The notes beneath the pieces were generated by a model that did not search any database, had not been told where the DNA came from, and worked only from the letters and a program-made list of their open reading frames with translations. From Eledone cirrhosa (taxonomy: Eukaryota): DNA of 64,000 nucleotides. This document shows, piece after piece, positions 1-18,000 of the stretch (position 1 is its first letter; the number at the start of each line of letters is the position of its first letter). The stretch lies in NCBI GenBank assembly GCA_964016885.1, contig OZ024740.1:14322001-14386000 (forward strand). Reading direction: 5' to 3'. A program made the position numbers and the translations under genes.

Positions 1-3000
1 TAGACCACACAACATCCAACAAGACACACAACATACAACAAACGACACAACATCCTATATTAAACCACACAGCACCCAACAAACAACACTACATACCAAA
101 AGACACACATCATCCTATATTACACCACGCAACACCCAACAAGCCACACAACATACAACAAACGACAGAACATCCTATATTAAACCACACAACACCCAAC
201 AAACCACACTACATACCAAAAGACACACATCATCCTATATTACACCACACAACATCCAACAAGCCACACAACATACAACAAACGACACAACATCCTATAT
301 TAAACCACACAGCACCCAACAAACAACACTACATACCAAAAGACACACAACATCCTATATTACACCACGCAACACCCAACAAGCCACACAACATACAACA
401 AACGACACAACATCCTATATTAAACCACACAACACCCAACAAACCACACTACATACCAAAAGACACACATCATCCTATATTACACCACGCAACACGCAAC
501 AAGCCACACAACATCCTATATTACACTACACAACTCCCAACAAACCACACAACATCCTATATTACACCACACAACAACCAACAAACCACACAACACACAA
601 CGAACCAGAAAACATTCCAACCAACCAGACAACATACTATATTACACCACACAACATCCAACAAACCACACAACATCCTATATTACACCACGCAACACGC
701 AACAAGCCACACAACATACAACAAGCCACAGAAGATCCTATATTGCACCACACAACAGCCAACAAACCACACATCATCCTATATTACACCACGCAACACG
801 CAACAAGCCACACAACATCCTATATTACACCACGCAACACGCAACAAGCCACACAACATACAATAAACGACAGAACAACCTATATTAAACCACACAACAC
901 CCAACAAACCACAGAACATACCACAAGACACACATCATCCTATATTACACAACACAAAATCCACCAAGCCACACAACATCCAACAAACCACACAAATCCT
1001 ATATTACACCACACAACAGCCAACACGCCACACAACACCCAACAAACCACAGAACATCCTATATTAAACCACACAACACACAAGAAAACAACACAAAATC
1101 CAACAAACCACACATCATCATATATTTCACCACACAAAACCCAAAAAACCACACAACAGCCAACAAACCACACAACATCCTATATTACACCACACAACAA
1201 AGCACACAACACGCAACAAACCACACAGCATCCTATATTACACCAGACAACACAACAAACCACACAACATCTTATATTACACTACACAACTCCGAACTAA
1301 CCACACACCATCCTATATTACACGACACATCCTATATTACACCACACAACACCCAACAAACCACACAACATCCTATATTACAGCACACAACACACAAGCC
1401 AGAAAACATCCATCAAACCAGACGACATCCTATATTACACCACACAACATCCAACAAACCACACAACATCCTATATTACACCACACAACACCAACAAACA
1501 AAAACATCATACAACAGACGACACAACATCCTATATTGCACCACACAACATCCTACATTACACTACACAACACCCGACAAATTGCACAACATCCAACAAA
1601 CCACAGAAAACCCTATATGACACAACAGCCAACACGCCACACAACATCCAACAAACCACACAACATTTTATATTACACCACACATCACCCAACAAACCAC
1701 ACAACATCCAACAAAGCACACAACATCCAACAAACCACACGACATCCTATATTACACCACACAACACCCAATAAAAAACACACAACACCCAGGAAATCAC
1801 ACATCACATCAACAAACACACAACATCCAACAAACCACACAACATCCTATATTGCACGACACAACAGAACATGCCACACACTAGCCAACAAACCACACAA
1901 CATCCTATATTACACCACACAACACCCAACAAACCACACATCACACCAACAAAATACACAACATCCAACAAACCACACAACATCCTATATTGCACCACAC
2001 AACACAACAAACCACACAACAGACAACAAACCACAAAACAGCCTATATTACACCACGCAACACCCAACATACCAAACGACATCCAACAAGGTACACAACA
2101 TCCTATATTACACCACACAACACCCAACAAACCACACAACACCCAGGAAATCACACATCACATCAACAAACACACAACATCCAACAAACCACACAACATC
2201 CTATATTGCACGACACAACAGAACATGCCACACACTAGCCAACAAACCACACAACATCCTATATTACACCACACAACACCCAACAAACCACACATCACAC
2301 CAACAAAATACACAACATCCAACAAACCACACAACATCCTATATTGCACCACACAACACAACAAACCACACAACAGACAACAAACCACAAAACAGCCTAT
2401 ATTACACCACGCAACACCCAACATACCAAACGACATCCAACAAGGTACACAACATCCTATATTACACCACGCAACATCCAACAAACCAAACAACATCCAA
2501 CAAACGAAACATCATCCTATATTACACCACACAACACCCAACAAACCAAACAACATCCAACAAACGAAACATCATCCTATATTACACCACACAACATACA
2601 ACAAACCACACAACATCCTATATTACACCACACAACACCCCACAAACCGCACAACACCCAACAAACCACGCCACACCCAACAGACCACACAACAGCCAAC
2701 AAGCTACACAACATCCAACAAGCCACACGACATCCTATATTACACCACACAACACCCAACAAACCAAGCAACATCCAACAAACGAAACATCATCCTATAT
2801 TACACCACACAACATACAACAAACCACACAACATCCTATATTACACCACACAACACCCCACAAACCGCACAACACCCAACAAACCACGCCACACCCAACA
2901 GACCACACAACAGCCAATAAGCTACACAACATCCAACAAGCCACACGACATCCTACATTACACCACACAACACCCAACAAACCAAGCAACATCCAACAAA

Positions 3001-6000
3001 CGAAACATCATCCTATATTACAACACACAACATACAACAAACCACACAACATCCTATATTACACCACACAACACCCCACAAACCGCACAACAACCAACAA
3101 ACCCCGCCACACCCAACAGACCACACAACAGCCAATAAGCTACACGACATCCAACAAGCCACACGACATCCTATATTACACCACACAACAGCCAACAAGC
3201 CACACATCCTCCCATATTACACCACGCAACACCCAACAAGCCACACAACATACAACAAACGACACAACATCCTATATTAAACCACACAACACCCAACAAA
3301 CCACACTACATACCAAAAGACACACATCATCCTATATTAGACCACACAACATCCAACAAGCCACACAACATACAACAAACGACACAACATCCTATATTAA
3401 ACCACACAACACCCAACAAACCACACTACATACGAAAAGACACACATCATCCTATATTACACCACGCAACACCCAACAAGCCACACAACATACAACAAAC
3501 GACCCAACATCCTATATTAAACCACACAAACCCAACAAACCACACTACATACCAAAAGACACACATCATCCTATATTACACCACACAACATCCAACAAGC
3601 CACACAACATACAACAAACGACACAACATCCTATATTAAACCACACAACACCCAACAAACCACACTACATACCAAAAGACACAGATCATCCTATATTACA
3701 CCACGCAACACCCAACAAGCCACACAACATACAACAAACGACACAACATCCTATATTAAACCACACAACACCCAACAAACCACACTACATACCAAAAGAC
3801 ACACATCATCCTATATTACACCACGCAACACGCAACAAGCCACACAACATACAATAAACGACAGAACAACCTATATTAAACCACACAACACCCAACAAAC
3901 CACAGAACATACCACAAGACACACATCATCCTATATTACACAACACAAAATCCACCAAGCCACACAACATCCAACAAACCACACAAATCCTATATTACAC
4001 CACACAACAGCCAACACGCCACACAACACCCAACAAACCACAGAACATCCTATATTAAACCACACAACACACAAGAAAACAACACAAAATCCAACAAACC
4101 ACACATCATCATATATTTCACCACACAAAACCCAAAAAACCACACAACAGCCAACAAACCACACAACATCCTATATTACAGCACACAACATACAAGCCAG
4201 AAAACATCCATCAAACCAGACGACATCCTATATTACACCACACAACATCCAACAAACCACACAACATCCTATATTACACCACACAACACCAACAAACCAA
4301 ACATCATACAACAGACGACACAACATCCTATATTGCACCACACAACATCCTACATTACACTACACAACACCCGACAAATTGCACAACATCCAACAAACCA
4401 CAGAAAACCTATATGACACAACAGCCAACACACCACACAACATCCAACAAACCACACAACATTTTATATTACACCACACATCACCCAACAAACCAAGCAA
4501 CATCCAACAAACGAAACATCATCCTATATTACACCACACAACATACAACAAACCACACAACATCCTATATTACACCACACAACACCCCACAAACCGCACA
4601 ACAACCAACAAACCCCGCCACACCCAACAGACCACACAACAGCCAATAAGCTACACGACATCCAACAAGCCACACGACATCCTATATTACACCACACAAC
4701 AGCCAACAAGCCACACATCCTCCCATATTACACCACGCAACACCCAACAAGCCACACAACATACAACAAACGACACAACATCCTATATTAAACCACACAA
4801 CACCCAACAAACCACACTACATACCAAAAGACACACATCATCCTATATTAGACCACACAACATCCAACAAGCCACACAACATACAACAAACGACACAACA
4901 TCCTATATTAAACCACACAACACCCAACAAACCACACTACATACGAAAAGACACACATCATCCTATATTACACCACGCAACACCCAACAAGCCACACAAC
5001 ATACAACAAACGACACAACATCCTATATTAAACCACACAACACCCAACAAACCACACTACATACCAAAAGACACACATCATCCTATATTACACCACACAA
5101 CATCCAACAAGCCACACAACATACAACAAACGACACAACATCCTATATTAAACCACACAACACCCAACAAACCACACTACATACCAAAAGACACAGATCA
5201 TCCTATATTACACCACGCAACACCCAACAAGCCACACAACATACAACAAACGATACAACATCCTATATTAAACCACACAACACCCAACAAACCACACTAC
5301 ATACCAAAAGACACACATCATCCTATATTACACCACGCAACACGCAACAAGCCACACAACATACAATAAACGACAGAACAACCTATATTAAACCACACAA
5401 CACCCAACAAACCACAGAACATACCACAAGACACACATCATCCTATATTACACAACACAAAATCCACCAAGCCACACAACAGCCAACAAACCACACAAAT
5501 CCTATATTACACCACACAACAGCCAACACGCCACACAACACCCAACAAACCACAGAACATCCTATATTAAACCACACAACACACAAGAAAACAACACAAA
5601 ATCCAACAAACCACACATCATCATATATTTCACCACACAAAACCCAAAAAACCACACAACAGCCAACAAACCACACAACATCCTATATTACACCACACAA
5701 CAAAGCACACAACACGCAACAAACCACACAGCATCCTATATTACACCAGACAACACAACAAACCACACAACATCTTATATTACACTACACAACTCCGAAC
5801 TAACCACACACCATCCTATATTACACGACACATCCTATATTACACCACACAACACCCAACAAACCACACAACATCCTATATTACAGCACACAACATACAA
5901 GCCAGAAAACATCCATCAAACCAGACGACATCCTATATTACACCACACAACATCCAACAAACCACACAACATCCTATATTACACCACACAACACCAACAA

Positions 6001-9000
6001 ACCAAACATCATACAACAGACGACACAACATCCTATATTGCACCACATAACATCCTACATTACACTACACAACACCCGACAAATTGCACAACATCCAACA
6101 AACCACAGAAAACCTATATGACACAACAGCCAACACACCACACAACATCCAACAAACCACACAACATTTTATATTACACCACACATCACCCAACAAACCA
6201 CACAACATCCAACAAAGCACACAACATCCAACAAACCACACGACATCCTATATTACACCACACAACACCCAACAAACCACACAACACCCAGGAAATCACA
6301 CATCACATCAACAAACACACAACATCCAACAAACCACACAACATCCTATATTGCACGACACAACAGAACATGCCACACACTAGCCAACAAACCACACAAC
6401 ATCCTATATTACACCACACAACACCCAACAAACCACACATCACACCAACAAAATACACAACATCCAACAAACCACACAACATCCTATATTGCACCACACA
6501 ACACAACAAACCACACAACAGACAACAAACCACAAAACAGCCTATATTACACCACGCAACACCCAACATACCAAACGACATCCAACAAGGTACACAACAT
6601 CCTATATTACACCACGCAACATCCAACAAACCAAACAACATCCAACAAACGAAACATCATCCTATATTACACCACACAACACCCAACAAACCAAACAACA
6701 TCCAACAAACGAAACATCATCCTATATTACACCACACAACATACAACAAACCACACAACATCCTATATTACACCACACAACACCCCACAAACCGCACAAC
6801 ACCCAACAAACCACACCACACCCAACAGACCACACAACAGCCAACAAGCTACACAACATCCAACAAGCCACACGACATCCTATATTACACCACACAACAC
6901 CCAACAAACCACACATCCTCCCATATTACACCACGCAACACCCAACAAGCCACACAACATACAACAAACGACACAACATCCTATATTAAACCACACAACA
7001 CCCAACAAACCACACTACATACCAAAAGACACACATCATCCTATATTAAACCACACAACATCCAACAAGCCACACAACATACAACAAACGACACAACATC
7101 CTATATTAAACCACACAACACCCAACAAACCACACTACATACGAAAAGACACACATCATCCTATATTACACCACGCAACACCCAACAAGCCACACAACAT
7201 ACAACAAACGACACAACATCCTATATTAAACCACACAACACCCAACAAACCACACTACATACCAAAAGACACACATCATCCTATATTACACCACGCAACA
7301 CGCAACAAGCCACACAACATACAATAAACGACAGAACAACCTATATTAAACCACACAACACCCAACAAACCACAGAACATACCACAAGACACACATCATC
7401 CTATATTACACAACACAAAATCCACCAAGCCACACAACATCCAACAAACCACACAAATCCTATATTACACCACACAACAGCCAACACGCCACACAACACC
7501 CAACAAACCACAGAACATCCTATATTAAACCACACAAAACACAAGAAAACAACACAAAATCCAACAAACCACACATCATCATATATTTCACCACACAAAA
7601 CCCAAAAAACCACACAACAGCCAACAAACCACACAACATCCTATATTACACCACACAACAAAGCACACAACACGCAACAAACCACACAGCATCCTATATT
7701 ACACCAGACAACACAACAAACCACACAACATCTTATATTACACTACACAACTCCGAACTAACGACACACCATCCTATATTATACGACACATCCTATATTA
7801 CACCACACAACACCCAACAAACCACACAACATCCTATATTACAGCACACAACACACAAGCCAGAAAACATCCATCAAACCAGACGACATCCTATATTACA
7901 CCAAACAACATCCAATAAACCACACAACATCCTATATTACACCACACAACACCAACAAACCAAACATCATACAACAGACGACACAACATCCTATATTGCA
8001 CCACACAACATCCTACATTACACTACACAACACCCGACAAATTGCACAATATCCAACAAACCACAGAAAACCCTATATGACACAACAGCCAACACGCCAC
8101 ACAACATCCAACAAACCACACAACATTTTATATTACACCACACATCACCCAACAAACCACACAACATCCAACAAAGCACACAACATCCAACAAACCACAC
8201 GACATCCTATATTACACCACACAACACCCAACAAACCACACAACACCCAGGAAATCACACATCACATCAACAAACACACAACATCCAACAAACCAAACAA
8301 CATCCAACAAACGAAACATCATCCTATATTACACCACACAACACCCAACAAACCAAACAACATCCAACAAACGAAACATCATCCTATATTACACCACACA
8401 ACATACAACAAACCACACAACATCCTATATTACACCACACAACACCCCACAAACCGCACAACACCCAACAAACCACGCCACACCCAACAGACCACACAAC
8501 AGCCAACAAGCTACACAACATCCAACAAGCCACACGACATCCTATATTACACCACACAACACCCAACAAACCAAACAACATCCAACAAACGAAACATCAT
8601 CCTATATTACACCACACAACATACAACAAACCACACAACAGCCAATAAGCTACACAACATCCAACAAGCCACACGACATCCTATATTACACCACACAACA
8701 GCCAACAAGCCACACATCCTCCCATATTACATCACGCAACACCCAACAAGCCACACAACATACAACAAATGACACAACATCCTATATTAAACCACACAAC
8801 ACCCAACAAACCACACTACATACGAAAAGACACACATCATCCTATATTACACCACGCAACACCCAACAAGCCACACAACATACAACAAACGACACAACAT
8901 CCTATATTAAACCACACAACACCCAACAAACCACACTACATACCAAAAGACACACATCATCCTATATTACACCACACAACATCCAACAAGCCACACAACA

Positions 9001-12000
9001 TACAACAAACGACACAACATCCTATATTAAACCACACAACACCCAACAAACCACACTACATACCAAAAGACACACATCATCCTATATTACACCACGCAAC
9101 ACCCAACAAGCCACACAACATACAACAAACGACACAACATCCTATATTAAACCACACACCACCCAACAAACCACACTACATACCAAAAGACACACATCAT
9201 CCTATATTACACCACGCAACACGCAACAAGCCACACAACATACAATAAACGACAGAACAACCTATATTAAACCACACAACACCCAACACACCACAGAACA
9301 TACCACAAGACACACATCATCCTATATTACACAACACAAAATCCACCAAGCCACACAACATCCAACAAACCACACAAATCCTATATTACACCACACAACA
9401 GCCAACACGCCACACAACACCCAACAAACCACAGAACATCCTATATTAAACCACACAACACACAAGAAAACAACACAAAATCGTAAAAACCACACATCAT
9501 CATATATTTCACCACACAAAACCCAAAAGACCACACAACAGCCAACAAACCACAAAACATCTTATATTACACCACACAACAGCCAACATGCCACACAACG
9601 GCCAACAAACCACACAACATCCTATATTACACCACACAACTCCCAACAAACCATACAGCATGCAACAAACCACACAAGAACCTATTTTACACTACACAAC
9701 ATCCTATATTACACTACACAACACCCAACAAACCACACAACATCCTATATTACACCACACAACACCCAACACGCCACACAACGGCCAACAAACCACACAA
9801 CATCCAACAAACCACACAACATCCTATATTACACCACACAACACCCAACAAACCAAACAACACCCAGGAAATCACACATCACACCAACAAACACACAACA
9901 TGCAACAAACCACACAACATCCTATATTACACGACACAACACAACAAACAACACAACAGCCAACAAACCACAAAACATCTTATATTACCCCACACAACAC
10001 CCAACAAGCCACACATCAGCCAACACGCCACACAACACCCAACAAAGCACACAACAACCAACAAACCACACAACATTCTATATTACACCACATCACACCC
10101 AACAAACCACACATCACACCCAAATACACACAACATCCAACAAACCACACAACATCCAACAAACCACAAAACATCCTATATTACACGACACAACACCCAA
10201 CAAGCCACACAACATCCAACAAGCCACACAACATCCAATATTACACCACACGACACCCAGCAAACCACACAACATCCTATATTACACCATACAACATTCA
10301 ACACGCCACACAACAAACAACAAACCACCCAACAGCCAACACGCCACACAACGTCCAACAAACCACACAACACCCAACATACCCCACAACAGACAACACA
10401 TGAAACACCATCCTATATTACACCACACAACACCCAACAAAGCACACATACTCCAACACATCACATCCCATCCTATATTACACCACACAACACGCAACAA
10501 ACACCACAACATCCTATATTACACCACACAACATCCTATATTACACAACACAACATCCTACATTACACTACACAACTCCCAACAAACCACACAACATCCT
10601 ATATTACACCACACAACAACCAACAAACCACACAACACCCAACAAACCACACATCACACCAACAAAATACACAACATCCAACAAACCACACAACATCCTA
10701 TATTGCACCACACAACACAACAAACCACACAACAGACAACAAACCACAAAACAGCCTATATTACACCACGCAACACCCAACATACCAAACGACATCCAAC
10801 AAGGTACACAACATCCTATATTACACCACGCAACATCCAACAAACCAAACAACATCCAACAAACGAAACATCATCCTATATTACACCACACAACACCCAA
10901 CAAACCAAACAACATCCAACAAACGAAACATCATCCTATATTACACCACACAATATACAACAAACCACACAACATCCTATATTACACCACACAACACCCC
11001 ACAAACCGCACAACACCCAACAAACCACGCCACACCCAACAGACCACACAATAGCCAATAAGCTACACAACATCCAACAAGCCACACGACATCCTATATT
11101 ACACCACACAACAGCCAACAAGCCACACATCCTCCTATATTACACCACGCAACACCCAACAAGCCACACAACATACAACAAACGACACAACATCCTATAT
11201 TAAACCACACAACACCCAACAAACCACACTACATACCAAAAGACACACATCATCCTATATTAGACCACACAACATCCAACAAGACACACAACATACAACA
11301 AACGACACAACATCCTATATTAAACCACACAGCACCCAACAAACAACACTACATACCAAAAGACACACATCATCCTATATTACACCACGCAACACCCAAC
11401 AAGCCACACAACATACAACAAACGACAGAACATCCTATATTAAACCACACAACACCCAACAAACCACACTACATACCAAAAGACACACATCATCCTATAT
11501 TACACCACACAACATCCAACAAGCCACACAACATACAACAAACGACACAACATCCTATATTAAACCACACAGCACCCAACAAACAACACTACATACCAAA
11601 AGACACACAACATCCTATATTACACCACGCAACACCCAACAAGCCACACAACATACAACAAACGACACAACATCCTATATTAAACCACACAACACCCAAC
11701 AAACCACACTACATACCAAAAGACACACATCATCCTATATTACACCACGCAACACGCAACAAGCCACACAACATCCTATATTACACTACACAACTCCCAA
11801 CAAACCACACAACATCCTATATTACACCACACAACAACCAACAAACCACACAACACACAACGAACCAGAAAACATTCCAACCAACCAGACAACATACTAT
11901 ATTACACCACACAACATCCAACAAACGACACAACATCCTATATTAAACCACACAACACCCAACAAACCACACTACATACCAAAAGACACACATCATCCTA

Positions 12001-15000
12001 TATTACACCACGCAACACGCAACAAGCCACACAACATACAATAAACGACAGAACAACCTATATTAAACCACACAACACCCAACAAACCACAGAACATACC
12101 ACAAGACACACATCATCCTATATTACACAACACAAAATCCACCAAGCCACACAACATCCAACAAACCACACAAATCCTATATTACACCACACAACAGCCA
12201 ACACGCCACACAACACCCAACAAACCACAGAACATCCTATATTAAACCACACAAAACACAAGAAAACAACACAAAATCCAACAAACCACACATCATCATA
12301 TATTTCACCACACAAAACCCAAAAAACCACACAACAGCCAACAAACCACACAACATCCTATATTACACCACACAACAAAGCACACAACACGCAACAAACC
12401 ACACAGCATCCTATATTACACCAGACAACACAACAAACCACACAACATCTTATATTACACTACACAACTCCGAACTAACGACACACCATCCTATATTATA
12501 CGACACATCCTATATTACACCACACAACACCCAACAAACCACACAACATCCTATATTACAGCACACAACACACAAGCCAGAAAACATCCATCAAACCAGA
12601 CGACATCCTATATTACACCAAACAACATCCAATAAACCACACAACATCCTATATTACACCACACAACACCAACAAACCAAACATCATACAACAGACGACA
12701 CAACATCCTATATTGCACCACACAACATCCTACATTACACTACACAACACCCGACAAATTGCACAATATCCAACAAACCACAGAAAACCCTATATGACAC
12801 AACAGCCAACACGCCACACAACATCCAACAAACCACACAACATTTTATATTACACCACACATCACCCAACAAACCACACAACATCCAACAAAGCACACAA
12901 CATCCAACAAACCACACGACATCCTATATTACACCACACAACACCCAACAAACCACACAACACCCAGGAAATCACACATCACATCAACAAACACACAACA
13001 TCCAACAAACCAAACAACATCCAACAAACGAAACATCATCCTATATTACACCACACAACACCCAACAAACCAAACAACATCCAACAAACGAAACATCATC
13101 CTATATTACACCACACAACATACAACAAACCACACAACATCCTATATTACACCACACAACTCCCACAAACCGCACAACACCCAACAAACCACGCCACACC
13201 CAACAGACCACACAACAGCCAACAAGCTACACAACATCCAACAAGCCACACGACATCCTATATTACACCACACAACACCCAACAAACCAAACAACATCCA
13301 ACAAACGAAACATCATCCTATATTACACCACACAACATACAACAAACCACACAACAGCCAATAAGCTACACAACATCCAACAAGCCACACGACATCCTAT
13401 ATTACACCACACAACAGCCAACAAGCCACACATCCTCCCATATTACATCACGCAACACCCAACAAGCCACACAACATACAACAAATGACACAACATCCTA
13501 TATTAAACCACACAACACCCAACAAACCACACTACATACGAAAAGACACACATCATCCTATATTACACCACGCAACACCCAACAAGCCACACAACATACA
13601 ACAAACGACACAACATCCTATATTAAACCACACAACACCCAACAAACCACACTACATACCAAAAGACACACATCATCCTATATTACACCACACAACATCC
13701 AACAAGCCACACAACATACAACAAACGACACAACATCCTATATTAAACCACACAACACCCAACAAACCACACTACATACCAAAAGACACACATCATCCTA
13801 TATTACACCACGCAACACCCAACAAGCCACACAACATACAACAAACGACACAACATCCTATATTAAACCACACACCACCCAACAAACCACACTACATACC
13901 AAAAGACACACATCATCCTATATTACACCACGCAACACGCAACAAGCCACACAACATACAATAAACGACAGAACAACCTATATTAAACCACACAACACCC
14001 AACACACCACAGAACATACCACAAGACACACATCATCCTATATTACACAACACAAAATCCACCAAGCCACACAACATCCAACAAACCACACAAATCCTAT
14101 ATTACACCACACAACAGCCAACACGCCACACAACACCCAACAAACCACAGAACATCCTATATTAAACCACACAACACACAAGAAAACAACACAAAATCGT
14201 AAAAACCACACATCATCATATATTTCACCACACAAAACCCAAAAGACCACACAACAGCCAACAAACCACAAAACATCTTATATTACACCACACAACAGCC
14301 AACATGCCACACAACGGCCAACAAACCACACAACATCCTATATTACACCACACAACTCCCAACAAACCATACAGCATGCAACAAACCACACAAGAACCTA
14401 TTTTACACTACACAACATCCTATATTACACTACACAACACCCAACAAACCACACAACATCCTATATTACACCACACAACACCCAACACGCCACACAACGG
14501 CCAACAAACCACACAACATCCAACAAACCACACAACATCCTATATTACACCACACAACACCCAACAAACCAAACAACACCCAGGAAATCACACATCACAC
14601 CAACAAACACACAACATGCAACAAACCACACAACATCCTATATTACACGACACAACACAACAAACAACACAACAGCCAACAAACCACAAAACATCTTATA
14701 TTACCCCACACAACACCCAACAAGCCACACATCAGCCAACACGCCACACAACACCCAACAAAGCACACAACAACCAACAAACCACACAACATTCTATATT
14801 ACACCACATCACACCCAACAAACCACACATCACACCCAAATACACACAACATCCAACAAACCACACAACATCCAACAAACCACAAAACATCCTATATTAC
14901 ACGACACAACACCCAACAAGCCACACAACATCCAACAAGCCACACAACATCCAATATTACACCACACGACACCCAGCAAACCACACAACATCCTATATTA

Positions 15001-18000
15001 CACCATACAACATTCAACACGCCACACAACAAACAACAAACCACCCAACAGCCAACACGCCACACAACGTCCAACAAACCACACAACACCCAACATACCC
15101 CACAACAGACAACACATGAAACACCATCCTATATTACACCACACAACACCCAACAAAGCACACATACTCCAACACATCACATCCCATCCTATATTACACC
15201 ACACAACACGCAACAAACACCACAACATCCTATATTACACCACACAACATCCTATATTACACAACACAACATCCTACATTACACTACACAACTCCCAACA
15301 AACCACACAACATCCTATATTACACCACACAACAACCAACAAACCACACAACACCCAACAAACCACACATCACACCAACAAAATACACAACATCCAACAA
15401 ACCACACAACATCCTATATTGCACCACACAACACAACAAACCACACAACAGACAACAAACCACAAAACAGCCTATATTACACCACGCAACACCCAACATA
15501 CCAAACGACATCCAACAAGGTACACAACATCCTATATTACACCACGCAACATCCAACAAACCAAACAACATCCAACAAACGAAACATCATCCTATATTAC
15601 ACCACACAACACCCAACAAACCAAACAACATCCAACAAACGAAACATCATCCTATATTACACCACACAATATACAACAAACCACACAACATCCTATATTA
15701 CACCACACAACACCCCACAAACCGCACAACACCCAACAAACCACGCCACACCCAACAGACCACACAATAGCCAATAAGCTACACAACATCCAACAAGCCA
15801 CACGACATCCTATATTACACCACACAACAGCCAACAAGCCACACAACATACAACAAACGACACAACATCCTATATTAAACCACACAACACCCAACAAACC
15901 ACACTACATACCAAAAGACACACATCATCCTATATTAGACCACACAACATCCAACAAGACACACAACATACAACAAACGACACAACATCCTATATTAAAC
16001 CACACAGCACCCAACAAACAACACTACATACCAAAAGACACACATCATCCTATATTACACCACGCAACACCCAACAAGCCACACAACATACAACAAACGA
16101 CAGAACATCCTATATTAAACCACACAACACCCAACAAACCACACTACATACCAAAAGACACACATCATCCTATATTACACCACACAACATCCAACAAGCC
16201 ACACAACATACAACAAACGACACAACATCCTATATTAAACCACACAGCACCCAACAAACAACACTACATACCAAAAGACACACAACATCCTATATTACAC
16301 CACGCAACACCCAACAAGCCACACAACATACAACAAACGACACAACATCCTATATTAAACCACACAACACCCAACAAACCACACTACATACCAAAAGACA
16401 CACATCATCCTATATTACACCACGCAACACGCAACAAGCCACACAACATCCTATATTACACTACACAACTCCCAACAAACCACACAACATCCTATATTAC
16501 ACCACACAACAACCAACAAACCACACAACACACAACGAACCAGAAAACATTCCAACCAACCAGACAACATACTATATTACACCACACAACATCCAACAAA
16601 CCACACAACATCCTATATTACACCACGCAACACGCAACAAGCCACACAACATACAACAAGCCACAGAAGATCCTATATTGCACCACACAACAGCCAACAA
16701 ACCACACATCATCCTATATTACACCACGCAACACGCAACAAGCCACACAACATCCTATATTACACCACGCAACACGCAACAAGCCACACAACATACAATA
16801 AACGACAGAACAACCTATATTAAACCACACAACACCCAACAAACCACAGAACATACCACAAGACACACATCATCCTATATTACACAACATAAAATCCACC
16901 AAGCCACACAACATCCAACAAACCACACAAATCCTATATTACACCACACAACAGCCAACACGCCACACAACACCCAACAAACCACAGAACATCCTATATT
17001 AAACCACACAACACACAAGAAAACAACACAAAATCCAACAAACCACACATCATCATATATTTCACCACACAGAACCCAAAAAACCACACAACAGCCAACA
17101 AACCACACAACATCCTATATTACACCACACAACAAAGCACACAACACGCAACAAACCACACAGCATCCTATATTACACCAGACAACACAACAAACCACAC
17201 AACATCTTATATTACACTACACAACTCCGAACTAACCACACACCATCCTATATTACACGACACATCCTATATTACACCACACAACACCCAACAAACCACA
17301 CAACATCCTATATTACAGCACACAACACACAAGCCAGAAAACATCCATCAAACCAGACGACATCCTATATTACACCACACAACATCCAACAAACCACACA
17401 ACATCCTATATTACACCACACAACACCAACAAACCAAACATCATACAACAGACGACACAACATCCTATATTGCACCACACAACATCCTACATTACACTAC
17501 ACAACACCCGACAAATTGCACAACATCCAACAAACCACAGAAAACCCTATATGACACAACAGCCAACACGCCACACAACATCCAACAAACCACACAACAT
17601 TTTATATTACACCACACATCACCCAACAAACCACACAACATCCAACAAAGCACACAACATCCAACAAACCACACGACATCCTATATTACACCACACAACA
17701 CCCAACAAACCACACAACACCCAGGAAATCACACATCACATCAACAAACACACAACATCCAACAAACCACACAACATCCTATATTGCACGACACAACAGA
17801 ACATGCCACACACTAGCCAACAAACCACACAACATCCTATATTACACCACACAACACCCAACAAACCACACATCACACCAACAAAATACACAACATCCAA
17901 CAAACCACACAACATCCTATATTGCACCACACAACACAACAAACCACACAACAGACAACAAACCACAAAACAGCCTATATTACACCACGCAACACCCAAC